A stretch of DNA of 64,000 bases, from assembly GCA_038248205.1 (NCBI GenBank), contig JBBRUC010000001.1, forward strand, positions 32,480-96,479. Direction: 5' to 3'. The first letter of the stretch is position 1, and every line of letters begins with the position of its first letter. A model generated the notes under the pieces. The model did no database searches. It was not told the origin of the DNA and saw only the letters and a list, made by a program, of their open reading frames with translations. Positions 48,074 through 59,662 of this stretch are shown in pieces. A program made the translations under genes and the position numbers. Source of the stretch: Thermoanaerobaculia bacterium (GTDB lineage: Bacteria > Acidobacteriota > Thermoanaerobaculia > Multivoradales > UBA5704).

Positions 48074-48499
48074 TTACGCGGCGGGAGGTGCGCGGGCGGG
48101 GAGCCCGGAACGGCCGGCGGAGTGCGGCGGGCGGGTCGAGACCGCGAGAGGCGCCCGTCGGATGTCCGGGAGCGACTGCGGGATTGGCGATCCGAGAAGT
48201 CCGTTGCCGATCTGGCCGCTGAACAGGCAGAAGGCGCAAGGTTCTTCTTCGGTCTGCGGCGAGCTTTCGACGTGGAGCGGCGCCGTGGGATGGCTCGCCC
48301 CTTCGGCGATCAGCGTCTTTTCGCCGCCGAACGATGCTCCTACCTGCTGAGCCCGGTGGACGTCCAGATGCGGCGCGACCAGCAGGACAAGCGCTCCCAC
48401 CAGCGCCACGGCGCGGGAGAGGCCGGCAAGAAACCCAAGAGGTTCGTTCCGGGGTGCGGATCGAGGAACGGATCGACGCATCGCGCCAGATGATAACAC
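48074..48499 (-). CDS. Hypothetical small secreted/membrane protein with a CAFC motif
   Basis: Hydrophobic N-terminal segment LGFLAGLSRAVALVGALVLLVAPHL and a His/Cys cluster (HVESSPQTEEEPCAFCLF). Lies upstream of the metal-uptake operon. Weak evidence. Confidence 0.3.
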   Translation of the reverse strand: MLSSGAMRRSVPRSAPRNEPLGFLAGLSRAVALVGALVLLVAPHLDVHRAQQVGASFGGEKTLIAEGASHPTAPLHVESSPQTEEEPCAFCLFSGQIGNGLLGSPIPQSLPDIRRAPLAVSTRPPHSAGRSGLPARAPPAA

Positions 48500-48621
48500 C
48501 GAATCAGTAGCCGACTCGGGCGTCCGTCTCGGTGTTACGATTCGCCCGCCTCCGAGGAGTCTTGGTGCCCGAATCCGCCTCTCCCAGCCGCCCCCCTCTC
48601 CTGCTCGAAGCGGAACGCCCG

Positions 48622-50391
48622 ATGGCGCGGCTGTTCGCCTATCTGGCGCCCTACCGCACCCGGCTCAACTTGGGCATCTCGTCCTCGGTGCTCAACAAGG
48701 TTCTCGATCTGATGCCGCCGCTGCTGGTCGGCTGGGTGATCGACTCGCTTCGCGGCGAGCCTCCTGCCTGGATTGCCCGGCTCGCGGGAACTTCCGAAGC
48801 CTGGAACCTCGCGGTGGTGCTCGCCGCGCTCTCGGTCGCGATCTTCTTCTTCGAGAGCCTGTTCCAATGGGGCTACCAGCATTTCTTCATGACGTTGGCC
48901 CAGGAGGTCCAGCACGACCTCCGGCTCGACGCCTACGAACGCATTCAGCGCCGCGAGATCGCGTTTTTCGAAGAGCACCGCCTGGGCGAGACGCTCGCGA
49001 TGTTGAACGACGACGTGAACCAGCTCGAACGTTTCTTGAACAACGGTGCCAACGAGCTGATCCAGACCGTGGTGCTGTTCATCTTCTCGGGCATCGTGCT
49101 GTTCGACACCTCGTGGCGCCTGGCGTTCATCGCAATGGCGCCGATCCCGTTGATCCTCTGGGGCAGCCTCGCCTACCAGCGCCGGATCGCGCCGCGCTAC
49201 AAGCGGGTGCGCGAAGCGGTGGGCAGCCTGTCGAGCCGGCTCGAAAATAACATCGGCGGCATCTTGGTCATTCAAAGTTTCGGCGCCGAAGCGTTCGAAC
49301 TGGACCGGGTGCGCGCCGCGTCGGCCGAATATCGGGAGGCGAATTTTCAGGCGATCCGGCTCTCGGCGATCTTCGTCCCGGTGATTCGCATGGCGATCGT
49401 GCTCGGCTTCGCCGGGGTGCTCCTTGTCGGCAGCCACTGGATTCTCGAACAGCGCAGTTGGATCACGGTCGGCCAGCTGGTCCTGTTCGCAATGATGACC
49501 GAACGGCTGCTCTGGCCGCTGGTCCGCCTCGGCCAGGTTCTGGACGAATATGAGCGGGCGAGGGCTTCGGCGCGGCGGACGTTCGGGTTGCTCGACACGC
49601 CATCGAAAATCGTCGAGCCGGCCGATCCGATCCGCATCGAGCGCGCCCGCGGCGAGCTGGAACTGGCGAACGTCGATTTCACCTACCAGCGCGGCGACCG
49701 GATTCTCGACCACCTGTCGTTCCACATCGCCCCGGGCGAGACGATCGGCATCGCAGGCCCCACCGGAGCGGGCAAATCGACGTTGATCAAGCTGCTGCTC
49801 CGCCTCTACGACCCGACCGGCGGCGCGGTCAAGCTGGACGGCCACGACTTGCGCGACCTGGCGCTCGAAGACCTGCGTCGCTCGATCGCCCTGGTCTCCC
49901 AGGACGTCTATCTCTTCCACGGTTCGCTACGCGAAAACATCGCCTATCGCGAGGTCGGCGTACCGTTCGAAAAAATCGTCGAAGCGGCAAAGTACGCCGA
50001 GCTGCACGATTTCATCGCCGGCCTGCCCGAGGGGTACGACACTCTCGTTGGAGAGCGCGGCATCAAGCTCTCCGGGGGCCAACGTCAGAGGCTGTCGATC
50101 GCCCGGGCGATCTTGAAGGACGCACCGATCCTGATCCTCGACGAAGCGACCAGCTCGGTCGACACCGAAACCGAGCGCGCAATCCAAGAAAACCTCCGCC
50201 GCTGGACCGCCGGCCGCACCGCCCTGATCATCGCCCATCGCCTCTCGACCATCCGCAACGCCGACCGCATCCTCGTCCTACGCGACGGCCGGCTCGCCGA
50301 AGAGGGTTCCCACGACGAGCTGATCGCTAGAGGGGGCACCTACGCCGATCTTTGGCACGTGCAGTCGGGCGAGCTGGTGGAGGTGGGGTAG
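48622..50391 (+). CDS. ABC exporter, fused TMD-NBD (MsbA/ABCB-like half transporter)
   Basis: Six TM helices, then an NBD with GPTGAGKSTL, LSGGQRQRLSIARAIL and ILDEATSSVD. No N-terminal C39 peptidase domain. Start chosen at ATG 48622 (MARLFAYLAPYRTRL). Confidence 0.85.
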   Translation: MARLFAYLAPYRTRLNLGISSSVLNKVLDLMPPLLVGWVIDSLRGEPPAWIARLAGTSEAWNLAVVLAALSVAIFFFESLFQWGYQHFFMTLAQEVQHDLRLDAYERIQRREIAFFEEHRLGETLAMLNDDVNQLERFLNNGANELIQTVVLFIFSGIVLFDTSWRLAFIAMAPIPLILWGSLAYQRRIAPRYKRVREAVGSLSSRLENNIGGILVIQSFGAEAFELDRVRAASAEYREANFQAIRLSAIFVPVIRMAIVLGFAGVLLVGSHWILEQRSWITVGQLVLFAMMTERLLWPLVRLGQVLDEYERARASARRTFGLLDTPSKIVEPADPIRIERARGELELANVDFTYQRGDRILDHLSFHIAPGETIGIAGPTGAGKSTLIKLLLRLYDPTGGAVKLDGHDLRDLALEDLRRSIALVSQDVYLFHGSLRENIAYREVGVPFEKIVEAAKYAELHDFIAGLPEGYDTLVGERGIKLSGGQRQRLSIARAILKDAPILILDEATSSVDTETERAIQENLRRWTAGRTALIIAHRLSTIRNADRILVLRDGRLAEEGSHDELIARGGTYADLWHVQSGELVEVG

Positions 50392-50568
50392 CGGGAGCCT
50401 CCGGGTAACGCCCAAGACCTCGTCAAAATCGATTGCCTTGTAGGGGCGCCCCCCCGTTGTCCGGCCTTCAGGACACCCCCGTGGGCGCCCAAGAAGGCCA
50501 CGGGCTCCAACGTTCCATCCGGGGTACCTCGTGTCGCGGCCGGGCGTGCTAGATTTTGTTCCGACTCG

Positions 50569-53085
50569 ATGACGCTCAAAGCCTCCGACGTCCTTCGTCG
50601 CGACCCGGCCGCCCAGGCGGTAGCACTCCCCGATGGCCGTCTCTTCCTCCGGCATCGCGACGGGGCGAGCCTGCTCGGCGGAATCGAGCTTGGCAATCTT
50701 CACGGCCTGCTCGGCCTCGTCGACGGCGTGCGCACCGCGGCGGAAGTCGTAGCCGCGGCGGGGGCGCTCGATCCGCCGTTTTCCGAGCGGGAGGCGCGGG
50801 GCCTGCTCCAGGCGCTCGACGGCGAAATGGTGCTGCGGGTGTCGGCAAAAGCGAACGAGGCCTCCGAGGCTCTGTCGGTTCTCGTACTCGGCGAGGGCGA
50901 TCTCGCTCGCTCGATTGAGGCGTCGCTCCGCCGCGCCGCTCCTTCCGTCGCGATCCGCCGGCTCGATCGTTTCGACCCTACCGATCCCGCACTCCCGGAC
51001 TCGGCGCTCGTCGTCTGCGTGACAGAGGAAGTGTCGTACCGGGATCTTCTCGCCGTCCAGGCGGCTTGCTTGGATGCGGGCGCGCCGGCCCTTTTCGTAA
51101 CCGCCGATCCAGATGGCGTTCGCGTCGGACCGACCGCGATTCCGGGAGTCGGTCCGTGCTTTGCCTGCGCGCAGCTCGCGGCGACCCGGTTCGTCGGTCT
51201 CGACCCCGCGGCGAGGCTCTCGGCCGTCTCAAACTTCCGAGCGGGGAAGATCGATCCCGCAACGCGTACATGGGTGGAGCGCGCGCTCGCCGACGAGGCG
51301 CTTCGGGTGCTGGGGGTAGACGGCCGAGGGCCAGACCTCTTCGATGCCCTCCTCGTGCTGGCCCCACGGGCGTTCGATTCGGGCGAGGCGCGACGCGTTC
51401 CGCTCGAACGCGACCCCGGCTGCCCCCTCTGCGCGGGAACGGAACCGCCCCGGACCGCGATCGCCGAGCGCGCCGAGATCTCGATCGTCGAGACCGAAGA
51501 TCGCAAGCCGTTACGCGCCGCCGTTGTCGTGCGCGAAGAGCCGGAGGCGTTCGTCCGTTCGGTCGGCATCGTCGGCGGCGGCACGGCCGGGTACCTCGCC
51601 GCCTTGGCGCTCCGGAAGAAGGTTCCCAGTCTCGCGGTCACCTTGATCGAGTCGCCGGACCTGCCCGTCATCGGCGTCGGCGAAGCGACCACGCCGCTTC
51701 TGCCGCAGTTCCTGCACGTCGATCTCGGGCTCGACATCCATACACTGTTCGAAGAGGTCCGTCCGACGCTCAAGCTCGGCATCCGCTTCCTTTGGGGAGC
51801 CCCCGGCGTGGGCGATTTTCACTATCCGTTCGGCCCCGTCCACGTGTTGGAACCCGCCGTCTATGGCGGGTCGGAGGATCTACGTTCCTGCTCGCTCCAA
51901 TCGCTCTTGATGGGCGCGGACGCGGTCGGTCTGTACCGAAGCGAAAACGATTCCTGGAGCAGCCGTTTGAACACGGCGACCGCCTATCACTTGGACAACG
52001 AGCGTTTCGTCTCGTATCTCCAGCGGCGCGCCGTCGAGGCCGGCGTCGAGCGAATCGAAGCGACCCTGGTCGATGCCGAGTTGGCGGAAAGAACGGACGG
52101 CGGCGGCGGGGATCGCGAGGTAAGCCATCTGGTCGCCAGCGACGGCCGTCGCCTGGCGTTCGACCTCTACCTCGACTGCACGGGATTCCGCTCGTTTCTT
52201 TTGGAGCGTGCCCTCGGTTCGCCTTGGCTCAGCTTCGAAAAGAGCCTATGGACCGACCGGGCGGTGGTCGCCGCGGTACCTCACGGCGGCACGATTCATC
52301 CCTACACGACCGCCGAAACGTATGCCGCCGGATGGTGCTGGAACACGCCGCAGATCGAAGCCGACCATCGCGGCTATGTCTACTCGTCGGCCCACCTGAG
52401 CCCCGAAGAGGCCGAGGCCGAGATGCGACGCGGGAACCCGGGGATGGGCGAGGCGCGCGAAGTACGGTTTCGCGCCGGCCGGCACGAGCATTTCTGGCAG
52501 GGCAACGTGCTCGCGCTGGGCAACGCCTACGGCTTCGTCGAGCCGCTTGAGTCGACCGCGCTCCACCTGCTGATTCGCCAGATCGGGCTGCTCTGCGGGC
52601 TCTTCCCGCTCCGCCGCACCGACAGAAGCCTCGTCCCGCTGCTCAACCGTCGCGTGGGCGCCTGGTGGGACTACCTCTCCTGGTTTCTCGCCATCCACTA
52701 CCGCTTCAACCGCCGCCTCGACACTCCGTTTTGGCGTGCCGCGCGAGCCGAGGTGGACGTATCGCAGCATGCCGAGCTGCTCGACACCTTCCGGCATCGC
52801 GGACCGCTGTCCTACGACCCGGCCATCCGGAACGCTTTCGACTATCCCGACCCGCTCTGGGGGCCGGAAGGAATCGACACCCTCCTGCTCGGCCAAGGCG
52901 TCCCCTGTCGCCTGCCGCGCCCTTTCCTGTCCCCCGACGCATGGCGCGCTCAGATCGAGAGAATGCAGTCCACCGTCGGGCGGGCCGCTCCCCACTCCCT
53001 GGCCCTCGACCTGCTCGCAACCCAGGCGAGCCTTCGCGAAAGCTTCGCCGCCACCTTCCGCGCCGCCGGGCCTGCCTTCCCCTAG
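50569..53085 (+). CDS. Tri-domain fusion: PqqD-like RRE (about aa 1-90), E1/ThiF-like TOMM-docking-type domain (about aa 100-320), flavin-dependent tryptophan-halogenase-family domain (about aa 330-838)
   Basis: RRE: VALPDGRLFLRHRDGASLLGGIELGNLHGLLGLVDGVRTAAEVV. E1-like: VLVLGEGDLARSI, and DLLAVQAACLDAGAPALFVTADPDGVRVGPTAIPGVGPCFACAQ with a CxxC. Halogenase: VGIVGGGTAGYLAALAL...IGVGEATTP, and GWCWNTPQ, which approximates the WxWxIP flavin-halogenase signature. Confidence 0.75.
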   Translation: MTLKASDVLRRDPAAQAVALPDGRLFLRHRDGASLLGGIELGNLHGLLGLVDGVRTAAEVVAAAGALDPPFSEREARGLLQALDGEMVLRVSAKANEASEALSVLVLGEGDLARSIEASLRRAAPSVAIRRLDRFDPTDPALPDSALVVCVTEEVSYRDLLAVQAACLDAGAPALFVTADPDGVRVGPTAIPGVGPCFACAQLAATRFVGLDPAARLSAVSNFRAGKIDPATRTWVERALADEALRVLGVDGRGPDLFDALLVLAPRAFDSGEARRVPLERDPGCPLCAGTEPPRTAIAERAEISIVETEDRKPLRAAVVVREEPEAFVRSVGIVGGGTAGYLAALALRKKVPSLAVTLIESPDLPVIGVGEATTPLLPQFLHVDLGLDIHTLFEEVRPTLKLGIRFLWGAPGVGDFHYPFGPVHVLEPAVYGGSEDLRSCSLQSLLMGADAVGLYRSENDSWSSRLNTATAYHLDNERFVSYLQRRAVEAGVERIEATLVDAELAERTDGGGGDREVSHLVASDGRRLAFDLYLDCTGFRSFLLERALGSPWLSFEKSLWTDRAVVAAVPHGGTIHPYTTAETYAAGWCWNTPQIEADHRGYVYSSAHLSPEEAEAEMRRGNPGMGEAREVRFRAGRHEHFWQGNVLALGNAYGFVEPLESTALHLLIRQIGLLCGLFPLRRTDRSLVPLLNRRVGAWWDYLSWFLAIHYRFNRRLDTPFWRAARAEVDVSQHAELLDTFRHRGPLSYDPAIRNAFDYPDPLWGPEGIDTLLLGQGVPCRLPRPFLSPDAWRAQIERMQSTVGRAAPHSLALDLLATQASLRESFAATFRAAGPAFP

Positions 53086-53187
53086 CAGCCCGTGGTTTAA
53101 GTGTCCCGAACTGCGATTGCTCACCCGTAAGCCCTTTAGATTCAGTGCCCGAACTTGGCCCAAACGACTTCTGCCACGGGCTGCTAG
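53082..53187 (+). promoter_or_regulatory. Long-range perfect 14-bp inverted repeat (CTAGCAGCCCGTGG ... CCACGGGCTGCTAG) bracketing the halogenase stop, with internal direct repeats GTG(T)CCCGAACT; possible attenuator or processing structure before the precursor gene
   Basis: Arms at 53082..53095 and 53174..53187. Internal direct repeats at 53100..53114 and 53143..53157. It sits between the modifying-enzyme gene and the precursor ORF. Confidence 0.35.
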
Positions 53188-53275
53188 GGGTAATCCGACC
53201 CGATTGCCCCGGCGATTCGCACCTTCTTGGGTAGGACGCGTCGATTGCCGCCGCGGCCGGAAAGGAATTTTGCCG

Positions 53276-53494
53276 ATGAAAAAGAAGAAGCTCACCCTCT
53301 CCAGAGAGACCCTGGCCCACTTGGAGTCCCGAGGCCTTCGCGCCGTCCGCGGCGCCTCGGCCAACACCTGTACTCAGTGTACCGACTGGGTGACGTGCGC
53401 CACCTGCGAGTCGTGCGATACCTGCCCGCCCTGGTGCGTCATCTCGGAAACGCTCTGCCTCTCGGCCTGCAAAACGGCCTGCGCGGGCTGCTGA
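53276..53494 (+). CDS. Candidate Cys/Thr/Trp-rich RiPP precursor peptide (72 aa)
   Basis: MKKKKLTLSRETLAHLESRGLRAVRGASA / NTCTQCTDWVTCATCESCDTCPPWCVISETLCLSACKTACAGC. AAGGA Shine-Dalgarno 10 bp before ATG 53276. Amphipathic leader-like N-terminus with a Gly-Ala junction. The core has 11 Cys, 2 Trp and many Thr/Ser. It lies directly downstream of the RRE-E1-halogenase fusion. Confidence 0.5.
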   Translation: MKKKKLTLSRETLAHLESRGLRAVRGASANTCTQCTDWVTCATCESCDTCPPWCVISETLCLSACKTACAGC

Positions 53495-53549
53495 TACCGA
53501 TCACCCGGATCGTCGGGCACGAGCGGCGATCCGGGCGTCTTCAATTCCC

Positions 53550-55565
<2,016 letters not shown>

Positions 55566-55659
55566 AAATTCTCCTCGAACAAGGTGGCCAGGTGGCGGCG
55601 AGCCTGCGCATCCTAGCAGCGGGCCAACGAAGCGGCGTGGGTCACTCGCCCTTCCTAAC

Positions 55660-56301
55660 TCAATCCGCGAACACCCGCCCGACTTCCACCCCAGACCGCG
55701 CCGCCAGGTCCCGTAACGCTCGCTCCGCCTCGCCTGCGAAAACGACCCCCACCGGCAAGTAGGCGACCAGCCAGCCGTGGGCGGTTTCGGGTTGGATCTT
55801 CACCCGCACGCTGTCGGTGATCGGAGTACCGAGCGGCCCCTTGGCGTCGGCGAGAAGCGGTTTTCCTTCGAGCGAGAACGGCCCGCGGAGCGACTCGAAG
55901 GTTTCGCCGGATGCTCCGGCGCGGAGGACGAGCGGCGGCTCCATGGATTCGGCGGCCATGATGCAGCTGGGCACCGCGAGGTCGATCGAGAGGGCGTTGT
56001 TCAGATCGACCAGCGGCTGGATCGCCGCGAGGTCTTCACCCTTGAGCACCCTGCGAAGCAGCGCTTCGGACGACGGCCGGTAGCGGGTGGGATCGCAGCC
56101 CGCGGCGCGGAACAGCTTGCGGATCGCGGCCACCGTCGGATCGTCGGCCGACAGCTGCGCGCCATGCCGCGCACGAGCTTTCTCGATCGTCTCGCGCAGC
56201 ACCGCATGCGCCGCGGGAGAGAGGGGATCGACCGTCAACTCGGCCCAGACGAGAGTCCAGCCGGGAAGATCGAGGCGGACGGCAAAGGGAGCGTCGTTCA
56301 T
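55660..56301 (-). CDS. B3/4 domain-containing protein (PheT-like tRNA-binding fold)
   Basis: PTVAAIRKLFRAAGCDPTRYRPSSEALLRRVLKGEDLAAIQPLVDLNNALSIDLAVP matches the B3_4 domain pattern. Confidence 0.6.
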   Translation of the reverse strand: MNDAPFAVRLDLPGWTLVWAELTVDPLSPAAHAVLRETIEKARARHGAQLSADDPTVAAIRKLFRAAGCDPTRYRPSSEALLRRVLKGEDLAAIQPLVDLNNALSIDLAVPSCIMAAESMEPPLVLRAGASGETFESLRGPFSLEGKPLLADAKGPLGTPITDSVRVKIQPETAHGWLVAYLPVGVVFAGEAERALRDLAARSGVEVGRVFAD

Positions 56302-56337
56302 GCCCCCGATTCTGGCACGGGCACCGGGCGGTTCGCC

Positions 56338-58242
56338 TCAGCGGGGAACGATCGGCTGGAACGTCTCGGTCGCCGGATCCCAACGGGCGAAGGTGGCCGG
56401 CCCGGTGAGCACGACCTTGGCCTTGGATTCCGCTGGATCAAGCGGCGGCACCCTGCCGCGTCCCACCTCTCGAATCGTGCCGGCCGCGAGGTCGAAAAGG
56501 ATCAGGCGTCGCGCCTCCAAGGTAGAGGGTGCGCCGCCGGCCGCGACCGAGGCTAGGATGGTGGTCGGAGTCGGTTGGCCGGCTAAGAGGAGCCCGGGGT
56601 ATCCCCCCAGATCGAACCGCCGCCGCAACGTTCCGGTCCGGTCGTAGATCGCGAGGCTCCGCGACTCCGGAAGGCGGACCCTGATCGCCACCAGGCCGTT
56701 CCGCAGAAGGTCACCGCTGCTTTGTCTCGGCTCGTCGATCACGCCCACCGCATCACCGGTCCGGCCGTCGAAAATTTCCCGATGTCCGGTTCCGGTTTCC
56801 CGCACGAGGAGAGTCGCGCCGTCGCGGCTCACGTCCCAGGAGATGCCGTGCGCGGGAAGCTCGATAAAGCCGACCTGGAGGGCGGCGGCTCCCGGTTCCG
56901 AGGGCACCTGGATCTCCGCGATCGAGATCTGTGACGAGACGGAGACCGGGGCGTTGGCCACCATGTTCCAACAACGCAGGCGATCCTCGCCGGTCCAGGC
57001 CGTCCGGACCGCGCTCCAGTCCGAGTTGACGGGAACCGAGGCGACGAGGCGGCCGGTTCGAAGCTCGAAGATCAGAAGACGACCGTCCGAGCGGGTGGCG
57101 AGCCAGCGGCCCGTAGGGGAAAGAGCGGGTATTTCGGCGGCCCGTTCGAACGAGATCGGACCGTTCTCGACCTTCGGCTTGGCCGCCGAAATGTCGGTCC
57201 AGAGAACTCTCATCTCTGTCGGCGAATCGGAAAACCACGCCGCCACCCTACCGTCGCTCGAGAAGGTGGTCGGAAAGAACCAACTATCGCGAGAAACGCC
57301 CTGACGCACCACGCGGCCGGTGGCTGCGTCGATCAGGAACCTGCCCGAGAGTGCCCCTCGGTTGCGCAGCTTTCCGCCCACCGAAAACCACGAACCGGCC
57401 GGCGCTTCGAACACAACGTCGACACCCGCGAGATCAGTCACTTTCGGCGTAACGACCCACCGCGAGGCCGCCTCGAGGGCGAGAGCTCCGAGGAGGAGCG
57501 GTACCCAGAGCGCGATCGAGAGCACGCGGTGCCCGCGGGCGAGATCGGTTCGCCCGACCAGCAGCTGAACCAGGGTGGCGCCGGTCAAAACGATGAGAAA
57601 AAGGGCGAGATAGGAGGTCGCGCCGACGGAGAATGCATCCTGCGCCCAGCTTCGGTGAAGACGCGTGAGGGCGGCCCCCACCAGAAGTCCCACAGCCAAA
57701 AGCCCGACGAGATCCAACCCGAGCGCCGCCGATCGCGAGGCAAACAGCAGTACGCCGACATGGGAAAGGAAGAGGAGTGCCAGGCAACACAGCAGGCTGG
57801 CGACGAACGTCCAGTTCGGCCCCAGAGCGGCAGCGGTCGGCAGGTAACCGACTTCCTTGGGCAGGAACGAGTGCTTCAGCCAACCGACGAGGAACGCTGG
57901 GGCCACCACCAGCACCGCCGAGGCAAAAAGCAGCGTGACCGCCGAGCCGATCCGTCCCGCCCAGATGGAGAAGCCCGAGATCGGTCGGACGAAATCGAAT
58001 CCAAGCCGGCCCTCGACAAGGTCGCGAACGACCGCACCGGACCCGAGGACCAGGGCAAAGATGCCGCAGGTGAGCAGGCTGAGCAGGAGCGCCGCCTCGA
58101 CTGCCGTTTCGGCGGCGGTGGCGCCGACCTGCCCTTGCAGGCGCGGTACGACCAAAGCCATGAGGCCGATGGCGAATGCGCCGATCAGCAGAACCCGGCG
58201 CAGGCGAAACTCCCGGGCGAAGACGGCGAGAAACGCGCTCAT
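56338..58242 (-). CDS. ABC-2-type transporter permease fused to a C-terminal extracytoplasmic beta-propeller-like domain
   Basis: About 6 TM helices in the N-terminal 300 aa, then a roughly 330-aa soluble domain. ATGA start/stop overlap with the upstream ATPase gene. Confidence 0.55.
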   Translation of the reverse strand: MSAFLAVFAREFRLRRVLLIGAFAIGLMALVVPRLQGQVGATAAETAVEAALLLSLLTCGIFALVLGSGAVVRDLVEGRLGFDFVRPISGFSIWAGRIGSAVTLLFASAVLVVAPAFLVGWLKHSFLPKEVGYLPTAAALGPNWTFVASLLCCLALLFLSHVGVLLFASRSAALGLDLVGLLAVGLLVGAALTRLHRSWAQDAFSVGATSYLALFLIVLTGATLVQLLVGRTDLARGHRVLSIALWVPLLLGALALEAASRWVVTPKVTDLAGVDVVFEAPAGSWFSVGGKLRNRGALSGRFLIDAATGRVVRQGVSRDSWFFPTTFSSDGRVAAWFSDSPTEMRVLWTDISAAKPKVENGPISFERAAEIPALSPTGRWLATRSDGRLLIFELRTGRLVASVPVNSDWSAVRTAWTGEDRLRCWNMVANAPVSVSSQISIAEIQVPSEPGAAALQVGFIELPAHGISWDVSRDGATLLVRETGTGHREIFDGRTGDAVGVIDEPRQSSGDLLRNGLVAIRVRLPESRSLAIYDRTGTLRRRFDLGGYPGLLLAGQPTPTTILASVAAGGAPSTLEARRLILFDLAAGTIREVGRGRVPPLDPAESKAKVVLTGPATFARWDPATETFQPIVPR

Positions 58243-59141
58243 GCGTCACCTTTCGGCCCGGCCGATCCGACCAGGGCGACGAACAGTTCTTCGAGCGGAA
58301 CGGCTTCTACCTCGGCCGCGCCGAAGCGGGCCATGCCCGCCCACAGCTCTTCGGTGAACCGCGAGACGATCGCCTCCAGCCCCCAAGCCTTCCGCTCGAC
58401 CGCGATCGGCTCCAGCTCGGCGAGGGCGGCTTCCACGCCCTCCGCCGGCCTCACCCAGCGCAGGCGGCGAAAGCGCGCTTTGACCGATTCGAGATCCTCG
58501 TCGAGCCGGAGCGTCCCCTCGCGCAGGATGCCCACCCGATCGGCGATCCCCTCGACCGCCGCCAGCTCGTGGGTGGTCAGGAAGACGGTGGTGCCGCGCT
58601 CGGCGAGGTCGCCGATCAGCTCTTCGAAAACGGAACGCTTGGCGACCGGATCGAGCCCGAGGGTCGGATCGTCGAGAATCAAAATGGGAGGCGCCGGGGC
58701 GAGGGCCAAAGCGAGCGCCACTTGCCCCTTCTGCCCCTTCGAAAGCCGGCCGAACGGCTGATCGAGCGGCACGCCGAACCGGCGCAAGCGCGCGTCGAAC
58801 CCGGCGCGGTCGAAACGCGGAAAAATCCGGGCGGAGAAACGCGCAATCTCCCGAGCCGAGAGGGCCACCGGAGCATCCGGCTCTTCGGGCACCACGCCGA
58901 CCTCGGCGAGCACTTCCGCCCGCTCCCGCCAAACGTCCCGGCCGAACAGCTGGGCGCTCCCGGAGTCCGGCCGACGCAGGCCGAGCAGGCAGCGGACAAG
59001 GGTTGATTTGCCCGCACCGTTCAAACCGATCAGCGCGTACACGGAGCCGCGAACGACCGACAGCGAAACCTGCTCGAGGGCGCTCTTCCGCCCGAACCGG
59101 ACGGTCAGGTCGGTCGCCCGCAAAGGAACTTCGGGGCTCAT
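58239..59141 (-). CDS. ABC transporter ATP-binding protein
   Basis: LIGLNGAGKSTL, LSKGQKGQVALALAL and ILILDDPTLGLD. GAGGAGGA Shine-Dalgarno before ATG 59141. Confidence 0.85.
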   Translation of the reverse strand: MSPEVPLRATDLTVRFGRKSALEQVSLSVVRGSVYALIGLNGAGKSTLVRCLLGLRRPDSGSAQLFGRDVWRERAEVLAEVGVVPEEPDAPVALSAREIARFSARIFPRFDRAGFDARLRRFGVPLDQPFGRLSKGQKGQVALALALAPAPPILILDDPTLGLDPVAKRSVFEELIGDLAERGTTVFLTTHELAAVEGIADRVGILREGTLRLDEDLESVKARFRRLRWVRPAEGVEAALAELEPIAVERKAWGLEAIVSRFTEELWAGMARFGAAEVEAVPLEELFVALVGSAGPKGDA

Positions 59142-59539
59142 GACTCTCCTCCTCTTTCGCGGCTCTCGACGATTTGGTCCCATGCCGCCTCGGCCGCCTC
59201 GACCGTCTCCTCCCGCGAGACCCCCAAGGTCACGGCCTGGCTCGCGAATCGAACCGCAGCCTCTTCCAGCAGACGGTCGCGCTCCCGCTTGGGGAACGCC
59301 GGGGGCTTTTCCGACACGAACGTCCCCTCGCCCCGGCGGACGACGAGCACCCCCTGGTCGGTCAGACGCTGATAAGCCTTGGAAACCGTCGCCGGATTGA
59401 CCTGCAGATCCTTTGCCAAATCGCGCACCGAAGGGACGTTCTCCCCCGAAGGCAGAGCCCCACTCGCCACCAAATGGCGAACCGCCTCCTCAATCTGTCG
59501 CCAGATCGGGCGCGGATCCGATGGATCGATCCTGAGCAT
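59138..59539 (-). CDS. GntR-family (YtrA-subfamily-like) transcriptional regulator
   Basis: HTH region LPSGENVPSVRDLAKDLQVNPATVSKAYQRL and a short C-terminus. First gene of a GntR, ABC ATPase, ABC-2 permease operon. Confidence 0.75.
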   Translation of the reverse strand: MLRIDPSDPRPIWRQIEEAVRHLVASGALPSGENVPSVRDLAKDLQVNPATVSKAYQRLTDQGVLVVRRGEGTFVSEKPPAFPKRERDRLLEEAAVRFASQAVTLGVSREETVEAAEAAWDQIVESRERGGES

Positions 59540-59662
59540 CCCGGCGTCCCCGAAGGCCACCGGCTGGACGGTGGCGGTGTGTTAGGGTTATAACACAGCT
59601 CGGGGAAGGGGTGGCGGAGGGATTTGGACGGGAGTTCTATAGGTTGCATGCAGGGCGAAACT

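Noticed and set aside
52736-53275. Upstream 180 codons of the 252-aa plus-strand ORF that ends with the Cys-rich peptide
   Set aside because: It overlaps the 3' end of the halogenase fusion gene in another frame. Only the last 72 codons, which have their own Shine-Dalgarno at 53262..53266, are retained as the precursor.
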